Positions 48,940-58,625 of a DNA stretch of 64,000 nt are shown in pieces (position 1 is the first letter of the stretch; each line of letters starts with the position of its first letter). This DNA is from an uncultured Acidimicrobiia bacterium. Lineage in GTDB: Bacteria; Acidobacteriota; Terriglobia; Versatilivoradales; Versatilivoraceae. The stretch covers positions 512,001 through 576,000 of the forward strand of contig CAWBAT010000004.1 of assembly GCA_963786955.1 (NCBI GenBank), read 5' to 3'. The notes under the pieces are model-generated. The model saw only the letters and a program-made list of their open reading frames with translations. It was not told where the DNA came from and searched no databases. The translations under genes were made by a program, and so were the position numbers.

Positions 48940-50610
48940 ATGAGCTACCAAGTGATTGCACGTAAATGGCGCCCTCAGACATTCGCTGAAATTGTGGGTC
49001 AGGATGTTATTGCGCAGACGTTGAAGAATGCGGTGGAGCAAAACCGAATCGCTCACGCTTATCTTTTTGCGGGTGCCCGTGGAGTTGGCAAAACATCCAC
49101 GGCCCGGATCCTGGCAAAGGCATTGAATTGTCTACAAGGCCCGACGGTTACTCCATGCAACGTGTGCGATACCTGCAAGGAAATAACCGCTGGGAACTCC
49201 ATCGACGTGTTGGAAATCGATGCGGCCTCCAACCGCGGCATTGATGAAATCCGGGAACTCCGGGAAAACGTCAAATATGCGGCAGCCAAAGATCGTTATA
49301 AGGTTTTCATTATTGATGAAGTCCACATGCTGACCACAGAGGCCTTTAATGCTTTGCTGAAAACTTTGGAGGAGCCTCCTCCTCAAGTCGTTTTCGTACT
49401 GGCAACCACGGAGCTTCACAAGGTCCCATCTACGATCTTATCACGCTGCCAGCACTTCAATTTTCGCGCCATCCGTTATCAGGAGATCCTGGAACAGTTA
49501 ACTCGTATTGCGGCAAGTGAGCAAATTCAAATCAGCCCAGAGTCGCTCCACGCCATTGCCCGGGCTTCAGAGGGGAGCATGCGCGATGCCCAGTCTCAGT
49601 TGGAGCAGATAGTCTCTTTTTGTGGAAATGAAATTCGCGATGAGCTCGTAAAAGACTTATTGGGTGTGGTCCCACACCAAATGTTGGAAGAATTGACACA
49701 GGCGATTATTCAGTCCGACTCTCGAGGACTCATTCAGCTGGTGGAACAACTTGTGCAAAGTGGACTCAATCTTCAACACTTCATCCGAGAATTGATTGCA
49801 CACGCCAGGAACCTCATGATGTTGAAAATCATCGGAGAAGATCCCCAGCTAATTCCTTTGGCTCCTGCTGAGATGACGCGCTGTCATGAGTTCTCCGATT
49901 TGTTTTCCGAAGAAGATTTGACTCGTTTTTTTAGTATTCTGGTATCCACAGAATCGGACATGCGCTGGTCGTCTCAACCTCGATTCCAGCTGGAGATGGG
50001 GCTCATGAAGATCCTGCAGGCGAAAAAGCTCGTCGCCATTGAAGAGTTGCTGACAAATCTTGGTGGGAACCCGCAAATTCAATCTTCCAATTCCGCTTCG
50101 GGAAAGAAGTCAGGTGGCACGCTCAACCCTAACATTTCTCAAAGCCTGACCACGGCCGCGGCTGTTAAACTCCAGGTTCAGTCTGATCCGGAGTTGCCTG
50201 GCAAGGCAAAACTGGAAGAGCCGTGCCAGAAGATCAGACATGCTGTATTTGAGAAGTCTCCTATGATTTCCGCCCTTCTGGACCACGCCATCGCTATGAA
50301 GGTTTCCGAAGGAGAAATAGAGATTGTCTTTCTCGAGAAAGAGAAGTTTTCTTACGACATGCTACAGACTCGCGAAAATCTTCAGTTAGTCCAGCAGGTG
50401 ACTAACTCCGTCATTGGAAGGCCTCGGCCGATAAAACTGACACTCTTAAAAGAAGGAAGCATGGGGACTGCCATTGAAAACAAACCCGAGTCGAGCCAAA
50501 CGGATTCAAGAGTGAATCTCATTGAGCAAATTAAAGAAGATTCTGAAGTCAAAGATTTCCTGAACACCTTTCAGGGAGAAATTATTGAGATCAAGGAGTT
50601 GAAGCGGTGA
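48940..50610 (+). CDS. dnaX: DNA polymerase III subunit gamma/tau
   Basis: YQVIARKWRPQTF, GARGVGKT, EIDAASN, IIDEVHML and SRC motifs. Confidence 0.97.
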   Translation: MSYQVIARKWRPQTFAEIVGQDVIAQTLKNAVEQNRIAHAYLFAGARGVGKTSTARILAKALNCLQGPTVTPCNVCDTCKEITAGNSIDVLEIDAASNRGIDEIRELRENVKYAAAKDRYKVFIIDEVHMLTTEAFNALLKTLEEPPPQVVFVLATTELHKVPSTILSRCQHFNFRAIRYQEILEQLTRIAASEQIQISPESLHAIARASEGSMRDAQSQLEQIVSFCGNEIRDELVKDLLGVVPHQMLEELTQAIIQSDSRGLIQLVEQLVQSGLNLQHFIRELIAHARNLMMLKIIGEDPQLIPLAPAEMTRCHEFSDLFSEEDLTRFFSILVSTESDMRWSSQPRFQLEMGLMKILQAKKLVAIEELLTNLGGNPQIQSSNSASGKKSGGTLNPNISQSLTTAAAVKLQVQSDPELPGKAKLEEPCQKIRHAVFEKSPMISALLDHAIAMKVSEGEIEIVFLEKEKFSYDMLQTRENLQLVQQVTNSVIGRPRPIKLTLLKEGSMGTAIENKPESSQTDSRVNLIEQIKEDSEVKDFLNTFQGEIIEIKELKR

Positions 50611-50690
50611 TCATCTCTCTGTTATTTTTATAATTCACCGATTTAAGCTGCGCTTGAATTAGTGAATACCTTTGCAAAGCGGGGACCATC

Positions 50691-50993
50691 ATGAAGAATA
50701 TGCAGCAGATGTTGAAACAGGCTCAGAAGATGCAGGAAGAACTGCAGAAGCAAATGGCAGAAATGTCTATCGAAGGCACTGCTGGGGGCGGCATGGTGTG
50801 CATCAAAATGAATGGGCTAAAACAAGTACTGAGTGTAAAAATCGAGCCTGATGCCATCACCTCAGGAGACGTCGAAATGTTGCAGGATTTGATTTTAGCA
50901 GCCATTAATGAAGCGGCACGCAAGGTGGACGAGGAACTCTCTGGGCAAATCGGAAATCTCACGGGCGGCATGAAGATTCCCGGACTCTTTTAA
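50691..50993 (+). CDS. ybaB: YbaB/EbfC nucleoid-associated protein
   Basis: MLKQAQKMQ, AGGGMV, EMLQDLI.AA.N; dnaX-ybaB-recR synteny. Confidence 0.95.
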   Translation: MKNMQQMLKQAQKMQEELQKQMAEMSIEGTAGGGMVCIKMNGLKQVLSVKIEPDAITSGDVEMLQDLILAAINEAARKVDEELSGQIGNLTGGMKIPGLF

Positions 50994-51026
50994 TTTCCAT
51001 CGTGGCCATTGCTGCAAGGCGATTCC

Positions 51027-51626
51027 ATGCGCGACTACGCGCCCCCTGTTGAATCTTTAATCGAAGAGCTTCGAAAACTTCCTGGGGTCGGCTCAAAAAC
51101 CGCCCAGCGACTGGCCTATCACCTCATCCGAATTCCCCGAAATGAGGCCGAGAAGCTCGCTCACGCCATTCTCAGCTTGAAAGAAGCCATTCGCTATTGT
51201 TCTGTCTGCAACAACATCACCGATCACGACCCATGCCGTTATTGCGCCGACCCGTCGCGCGATAAAAGTATGATTTGTGTCCTTGAAGAACCACATGGCG
51301 TTCTCGCAATCGAAAAGACTCGCGAGTATCGAGGCGCCTATCACATCTTATTAGGGGTCCTTTCTCCACTACAGGGAATTGGACCAGATCAACTGCAGAT
51401 CAAGGGGTTGATGGAAAGAATCAAAAACGGGGAGATCAAAGAGGTGATCCTGGCTACCAATCCCAGTGTCGAAGGCGAGGCCACCGCGCTCTATCTTTCA
51501 CGGTTGATCCGGCCATTGAATGTGCGTGTGACAAGAATCGCCACGGGTGTACCGGTGGGAGGGGATTTGGATTACGCCGATCAGATCACGATCTCCCGTG
51601 CACTCGAAGGACGGCGGGAAATTTGA
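51027..51626 (+). CDS. recR: Recombination mediator RecR
   Basis: LPGVGSKTAQRLA, C4 zinc finger, Toprim EVILATNPSVEGEATA. Confidence 0.97.
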   Translation: MRDYAPPVESLIEELRKLPGVGSKTAQRLAYHLIRIPRNEAEKLAHAILSLKEAIRYCSVCNNITDHDPCRYCADPSRDKSMICVLEEPHGVLAIEKTREYRGAYHILLGVLSPLQGIGPDQLQIKGLMERIKNGEIKEVILATNPSVEGEATALYLSRLIRPLNVRVTRIATGVPVGGDLDYADQITISRALEGRREI

Positions 51627-51779
51627 AATCCGGCATGAAGTGCGGGATCTATGAGTATTCTGTCTACTCGATGAAAAGCCTTGGACCCTGGGAAAAGTCA
51701 TGATCGTGGCGAAAGTCCCGCGCTTGGTGCGGGTCTGCGGCAATCTACTAACTTTGTGATTTTCGCCCGACTGTGCCCG

Positions 51780-52480
51780 CGAAAGCAAACCGCTAAGAAC
51801 GCCAAGCACGCCAAGAAAAGTTGTTTGTAGTCCCGGCTTCAGCCGGTCCGGAATATCACCGCCTGAAGGCGGTACTATACGATAGCCTTGTCGTAGTCTG
51901 GTTTGTAGTCCCGGCTTCAGCCGTCCGGAATTTCACCGCCTGAAGGCGGTACTACGGAATTTGTGGTGCAGGCGTCCTCGCCTGCCTCCCAAGCGACCTA
52001 AAAAGCCACCACTGCGGGCGGGACGCCCGCGCTCCCAGGGCGATCCAGACTACAACGCCGATGCTGTAGCCGGCATCATGAGGCCGGCCCTGGGCCGGGA
52101 TCAGCGATCCCGCCTACAACTGAGCACCAGAGCGGGATATTTATGGATTAGTAACCTCCATAAAATAAAAATAAAGTTATCCATAAATAGCCAGGTTCCT
52201 CTATTGGGTTGCTTAGCTTTCGCCAAGACGCCGAGAACACCAAGCCGCATATGGGCTTTCCGGCAGGGCACTGAAGACCAGGGTAATCCCTCGCTCTAAT
52301 AAGCTCGAATTCCGAAGTTGGGCGGGCGGGATTTCTATCTATTGGCTGATCTGTCTGAAGATTGCAAGAAGCTCAAGAAAGGGGAAAAGTGTACCGATAG
52401 CCCGCAGATTCAGGTGGAATGCGCGCTCCGCCGCGCGTTCATTGAGCGTGCGCGGGAGCGCCCGCTCCACCTTGCAATGC
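51780..52480. repeat. Large mixed REP-like cluster
   Basis: Two tandem gtagtcccggcttcagccg..ccgcctgaaggcggtact units (51827, 51905); 9-mer arm at 51788; gcaggcgtcctcgcctgc; ggatcagcgatcc; caggtggaatgcgcg..cccgctccacc (52411-52472). Confidence 0.82.
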
Positions 52481-52503
52481 TCATGCAACTTCGGAATTCA
52501 AGA

Positions 52504-55500
52504 TTAATACTGGATTTTCAACCCGAACTGAATTTCACGCGGAGGATTGCTCTGGCCAGCCTCGTGACCGAAGTTCACACCGAGTTGGCCGCCACCGATG
52601 ATATTCCCATACATGTCCCCGCCCTGGTCGAAGCTGAAAAGGACACGGTTGAAGGCATTCAGAAAGTCTACCCGGAATTCGATACTCACACGATCATTAA
52701 GGTTCATTTGTTTCTTGATGGAGAAATCCTCCTGGTAGAATGGTAATTGGCGGATATCAGCATCCGTGACCGGAGCGTTGCCAAAAGTATACGGTGCTGG
52801 GTCCGCCCAGGCATTGCTGTTAAACCGGGAACCCGCCGCTCCTATGCCATTGGGATCCCAGGTGCCATTAAGGATGGCTGCCGACTTCTTCTCCACACCG
52901 GGTACGACACTGGCCCGAGTGGTGAAAGAGTTATCCGACATGTACGGGTAGAGGGAGTTGCCTGACGAAATGATCATTTGCGGGGCGCCGCTCCGGTACT
53001 GCTGGATTCCGGCGACGCTCCAGCCTCCCAGCACCTTGCCCGCCGCACCCCCTTTGTTTACCCATTTCTTACCCGGACCAAAGGGCAATTCGTACTGATA
53101 GGAAAACACCAAATTATTCGGATAATCATTGAGGCTCAGCGCTTTTTCTCCCGCGGCATTATAGAAGTCCTGGGTGAATCCCGAGAACAGATTGTACAGG
53201 CTTCCTGCATTGGTAAGGGTCTTTGACCAGGTATACGCGACAAGAAAGGTTAACCCATTAGTTAGATTCTTCCGAGCCGATATTTGCAGGGCATTATAGG
53301 TTGACATGCCGGTCGTTTCTCCATAATCCCGCATCTGTGCATTGCCATCTAGTGTGTCAACTTGGTACTGCGGAAACGGGCGCAAAGCCTGGCCCAGCTG
53401 GGCATTACTCCCCCAGAGAGATTCGAACCCCGTAAAGGGAGCATGCCTGCCTGTCCCGGGGTCCACCGGCATAGCCTGCACAACCGGGAGGGCCTGAATG
53501 GTAGGGTCAGCAATATTCATGAAGAGCTGGGCCCCGTAGCCAATGTACGCCGTCGGGACCACGTTGCTATTCCTCAGACGGCTAGACAAGTTCGTTCCCT
53601 TGGTCCAGACATAACCGACATCGAGGAGAATTTGCCCGGGAAGCTGCCGCTGGATACCGAAAGCAGCGTTTTGCATTTGCGGAGCCCTTTCATCCCCTGG
53701 CCACGCCCCAAACGAGGTAGGGCCGCCCCCATTCATGTAGTTCTGACTGATAAACGGCACACTCTGGTAATACTCGGCCGGCCAACCGGTTTCAAGCTTC
53801 ATATGAACATCTGTAGATCCCAGGGGACTGCACGACGTTGCTCCAGCAAATCCCGCGTAATAAGTTGTGCCGCAATTATTTGAGGCGCTGTATCCCAACT
53901 GGCTCCCGGGATCACCAAAGGAGCGTGCGAGGGAACGTGCGCCTCCTGCCGCTGTATACAGAATCCCGTAACCGCCTCGGAGGACCGTCTTGGCATTCAG
54001 GCTATAGGCGAACCCGAAACGCGGGCCCCACCCATGCTCGTTAGATGCTCCCGTACGCCGCTCGGGTGTTGCGTAGGCGAGTACACCTTTAATGCCAAGA
54101 TCGGTATTCATGATGAGTGGGTCAAACCAGGTTTTGATGTTGTGTGCATCCACCGTAGGCTTGAACAGGTCATAACGCAGACCCAGGTTCAACGTGAGTT
54201 TGGAGGAGAGTTTGAAATCGTCTTGAATGTACAGTCCATACCGTGCCATCCGATCTGCATTCTCGGAAGCCGTGATAGTCGCCGTACCTTGGGTGGGGAG
54301 CCCCAAGAGGAAACCAGCCACTCCCACTCCTGTACAAACGTCCCCCGGATTGCATGCGCCACTAGCATAGAATTTCTGGTCAAGCAGCGCGGTTGTTCCA
54401 GATTGATAAGTGTTAGAACTGGATTGGTTGGCAGTGCTCCAGCCGTTATTTTGCAGCTTGATGTAACTAAACCCTCCCTTGATCGTATGCCGGCCTTTGA
54501 TCCAGGTCACACTGTCGTCAAAGGTAAAATTGTTATTCGCACTATAGCCTTGGCCGCCTGTCCCGTAAGTCCCTAATCCACCGATGCCTGATACTGGAAA
54601 CGTTGACCCTGCACCTGTCTGGGGCACGCCACTATAGCCGAGAATCGCCGGCCAACCGGTGCCGGCCTGAGAGAAGTAATCCAACCGGCTCCGGTTAAAC
54701 CCAAACGCCCAGTGGTTGATGAGATTCTGCCTGATAAAATAATCGTGGCTGAGCCGAACAATGCGATAGCCATTAGTGCTATCAGAGCCATCGCTAATGG
54801 CGCCCGGCCATCTGGAACCCGTTGGGACGTATTGGCTTTTCCAAATAAACGACGCCATTTATCCGGTTTTTGTCCGAGAACACCTGGTCGAGTTTGACCC
54901 CATAATCGTTGATGCTATCTCGGTTCAGATACGTCCCGAGCCAATTGAGTTGGTAGCCAAAATTGCAGCTTGGACAAGCCGGTGGGTCTACAAAATACGA
55001 AAACATCCTCGCGGCCACAGGATCAATCCGGTTTTTCGGAATGATATTGGCCTGGCCTGGAATCGGCAAGCCGGTCTTAGGATTAAAGCCAAAGCCGTCG
55101 CGCAGAATGGCTGCGGCTCCACTCGTGTTCACGAGCCCAGTGGCCGGGTCTGCTGCTCCCGCCGGGACGATTCGAGTCGTTGCCGGGTCATAGATCTCAG
55201 ACGAATACACCGGCCGCCCTAGTGCATCGGTACCGATAGGGCCGCCGAGAATATTGCTTAAGTCCCCGCCCTTCATAGCCGCGGTAGGGAGAGTATCCTT
55301 GGAGTTAGCCCCGAGTTCTTTGATGTTGCGGAAGCCGTTATACCAACCGTAGAAGAAAGTCTTATCTTTGTGAATGGGCCCGCCGATCGTGGCCCCGAAT
55401 TCGTTTTGATTGTTTTTCGGGGTCGTTGCAGCGTAAAAACCCCGGGCATCCAAGACCGTGTTGCGGAAAAACTCATACACCACGCCATGAAACCCGTTGC

Positions 55501-56273
55501 TCCCGCTCTTGAGTGTAAAGCTGGTTATTCCCAGCCCCGTCTGGCCGAATTCTGCCGGGGGAAGGAGCGTCATGACCTTGAACTCCCCGACCACGTCCGG
55601 TGGGAACGGGAGCTGACTGAAGTCTCCGGACGCCCATAACCCTGGCCGATTACGGCGCCATCGAGATGCCATTCAATGCTAGCACTCTGACTGCCATTGA
55701 CGGTGGTATTCAACTGCCGGGCTGGACCGTTGTGGCTTATTTCACGGTCCCTCTGCTGGTAACACCAGGAGAGAGGTGATCAGGGAGGCCGGATTGCGCA
55801 CCTCCTGCATGCCCACCAGGGGCAGATTAACGACATCATGTTCCTGAAATAATGGTTCCCCGGTCGGACGTCGCGGACTCAACCATTAACACCTCAGAAG
55901 AGACTGTAATGGACTCAGTGACCAGTCCCACTTCCAGGCGGATATCAACGTGGGCGGTTTGGCCAAGCTCTACAGTGATATCACTTCCGACGTATTGCTT
56001 AAAGCCTGCTTTCTGGGCAGTCAAAAGGTACTCGCCCACCCGCAAGAGCGGAAACGTAAAGCCCCCGTTTCCCCCGGTCGTCACTTTAGAGCTCGTGTTC
56101 GTCGCGACGTGAGTGGCGGTAACGCCCGCCCCTACAATTACAGCTCCCGACGAGTCGGTCACCGTTCCCGTGATCGTTCCGCGATCGCTTTGTGCGTTTA
56201 GCCTGGGAACTGAAACGCCAAGAGTGAGGAATAGGCCAGTAACGAAAATCAGGGCCCGACGTCTCTTCTTCAT
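52504..56273 (-). CDS. TonB-dependent receptor (Oar-like, CarboxypepD_reg N-terminus), split by at least 5 frameshifts
   Basis: Signal peptide plus GTITGTVTDSSGAVI; KSGSNGFHG..YEFFRN; YIQDDFK..LTLNLGLRYD; C-terminal PREIQFGLKIQY. Frame changes at ~55840, ~55775, ~55740, ~55632 and ~54850. Confidence 0.88.
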
Positions 56274-56439
56274 TATGGTATCTTCCGCACGGGATTACCG
56301 ACGTGTTATTCCAATGGTAAAGAAGAAAGAAGAAGTCGGATCTTGGTTATCAAGACGGAATTATAAAATGATACATATAATTTAGCCTCCTTCGAAGCCA
56401 GTGTCAAACATAAACGGTTCTGGCACCTCGTATTCAGCA

Positions 56440-56812
56440 CGACAGGCCAGGAGGCCTGTCGCCACACAAAAAACTGTAGCTACAGGCCTCCTGGCCTGTT
56501 GTCCGGGGCCAACGGCCCCGGCTACGTGCGCCTGAAAGCGTGTTTGATCGGAGAGGTGGAAGTCCTCTTCAGGTATACGCTCTCCGGCCTGTAACCAACT
56601 GTAACTGCGTCGCCGAGAGACGGGGTGGGAGATCCGCCTGTCCGGTTTGGAGGGGGGAGGGGCCGAAATGAATCGGCTCTTCCTACCCCTATAACAACGT
56701 CTCGATCGTGCATCTTCGATACTGCTGTAGCCGGGTCCTTGACCCTGGCCATGAATTGCCGGATCAGCGATCCCGGCTACAACTGAGCACCAGAGCGGGA
56801 TATTTATGGATT
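56440..56812. repeat. REP-like cluster hosting the intron remnant
   Basis: gacaggccaggaggcctgtc; gtagctacaggcctcctggcctgt..ccggggccaacggccccggctac; gtagccggg..ggatcagcgatcccggctac. Confidence 0.8.
56526..56692 (+). mobile_element. Internally deleted group II intron (5' end + 3' DV half + DVI), no ORF
   Basis: Starts GTGCG. Ends gggagatccgcctgtccggtttggaggggggaggggccga..tcggctcttcctAcccctAT with the bulged A 8 nt from the end. Confidence 0.8.
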
Positions 56813-56829
56813 TTAAGGTGCATGGAGAA

Positions 56830-57510
56830 AGAAAATTTGAAGTCGCCCATAAGTACCCAGGATCGGCTTTTTTTAGTCGACCTAGCTTTCCACAACTTGC
56901 CGACAGAGTAGCTCATCCAATGATCATTATCATGGCTCGATTGTCCAACTATTACACGTGACTTGCAGACGACTACGCACGTGATCTTTGCTGGAGTTGT
57001 ATTGTTGTCAATAACTGTGGTCCTTTAGCCACAACTGCACCGCCAACCAAACCCATATGAATTTGGTAACTGATCCGTTGAGTCATCGAACATAACAAGT
57101 AGTGGGCAGAGAATAACTCTCATTATGTCATGCTCAACATATTTGTGGTCACCATATTGATAAGATAAGTTAGATTGGGCTTTGAGTCGTGACCCCTACA
57201 AAATCGGTTTCAACCGGAGGGGTGCAGGGCAGATTTGAGGAAGTTAGAGCAATCAAAAGTAATACCTATACCTTCTCGTTCGCCGTTGATCGCCGATCCA
57301 TAAGACACACATCCCGTATAGATCAGGCTTGGTCATGATATTGGAAAGAACGGTATTAGAGTCATCATACACCTTCACCATCGCTCTGTATGCTAAAAGT
57401 GGAATCAGATCGATATTGTCGCTGTAACTGGTATCATTACCTGCTGCAGCTGTCATGACCAGAGCTGAGCAGAGGAATATGCAAGCCAGTACTATTTTTG
57501 TTCTAGACAT
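56830..57510 (-). pseudogene. Secreted hypothetical protein, multiply frameshifted
   Basis: RBS AAGGAG and signal peptide MSRTKIVLACIFLCSALVMTAAA. ORF stops at 57253, but protein-like reading continues in alternating frames. 3' end uncertain. Confidence 0.5.
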
Positions 57511-57570
57511 GTGAGTGTCTCCTTAATTGATATCAAGAGGGGTGAGCAGAATCTGAGCTTCGATTCGATA

Positions 57571-57632
57571 CGATCAGGGTAAGGAACTTATGTCTGGAGT
57601 AAATCACGGATTTGTCATGGTTTTGTAATATT
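57571..57632 (-). promoter_or_regulatory. Conserved promoter with OmpR/PhoB-type tandem boxes (copy 1)
   Basis: 51/62 ungapped identity to 60817-60878; ATTACA/ATGACA/GTGATT at 11-bp period. Confidence 0.72.
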
Positions 57633-57699
57633 GTCTGAAGGCTATGCGGTTATTCCAATTGGTGCAGCAGTAGGAGGAAACGCTGAAAGGAGCTGAACA

Positions 57700-58620
57700 A
57701 TCCCCCTCACTCGATCCGCCGTCCGGGTGGAAGCTTATCAAGCTTCCACCCCTTCCCCGATGGGGGCGAGGGATTCAAATCATTATTCTCCACCAGGCTG
57801 ATGAACCCCCAACAACCAAAAGAAGAAGACCGACAGAACTTCAGAAATTGTATTCGGATCAACTGTGCCCTGCGCTGGTCAGAAGTTTTTGGAGCACGAA
57901 CTCATCAAGGTGGGACGTCTGGCTCCGGACTTGTCGATTGTCCTGCAAAAGAAAAGGGGTTCCATCAAAAGGGCTGTCAGCCAATGAGTCTCAATTGATT
58001 ATATTCCTCAGTTGCTTTAGTTGCTTTTTTTCATTGGAGACAACACAAGCTAAATCCCGCGACCGTTTCTTGTATGTAGTACCGCCTTCAGGCGGACGGT
58101 TATTGGGTACACTAAGGCGCCGGCTGAAGCCGGGACTACAAACGTCTTGGGAGGGGGTGTCCTAATGTGGGAGCCGGTGTCCTCACCGGCGATTCATTCT
58201 CGAGGACCTTTGTTTCACCTGCCTGTAGAAACTTGCAGCACTTTTCATGTAGTGTTCACGCCTCAAACTACAGTTTTCAGCTCCCCTCGCCCTTGCGCGG
58301 GAGAGACGACCCTCTCGACAATCGGCTTCCCTCTCCCCAACACGGGAGAGCGGAGCCGAAGATCGCTTTGGGCATGCTCTCCCGAATTGGGGAAAGAGGA
58401 GCCGAAAACCTGAAAGCGTGCGCGGAGCGCCCGCTCCACCACACATAGCAAAACCAACTTCGGGATTCGGGATAAATGGCCGAACGGGATGTAGCGAACG
58501 CTCGCCGCAGCGTTCCCTACTGCCGAGGCGTGCAAGATGCCCGCGCTCCCAGGTTATGCTGCGGGCGTCCTCGCCTGCTTTCGGACGGCCTGAAAGGCTG
58601 CCGCTCCGCCGCAGTCCGAG
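57700..58620. repeat. Mixed REP-like cluster
   Basis: ccctc..gggggcgagggg type; gtagtaccgccttcaggcgg..cggctgaagccgggactac (58076-58139); ccctctcccc..gggagag; gcgtgcgcggagcgcccgctccacc; gtagcgaacgct..agcgttccctac. Confidence 0.78.
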
Positions 58621-58625
58621 TTGCC

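Noticed and set aside
48940-50610. Programmed -1 frameshift in dnaX
   Set aside because: No A-AAA-AAG slippery site with stimulatory hairpin seen at the expected post-domain-III position.
51820-51960. Two tandem ~50-bp repeats resembling a CRISPR array
   Set aside because: Only two units, internally palindromic with GTAG/CTAC ends, a dispersed third copy at 58076, and no cas genes. These are REP doublets.
52318-52746. 142-aa plus-strand ORF
   Set aside because: Overlaps the antisense of the TonB receptor end and a REP; no protein motif.
56526-56692. Active self-splicing intron or retron/DGR
   Set aside because: No RT ORF in the window, and the domain V catalytic triad strand is missing. 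Kept only as a remnant.
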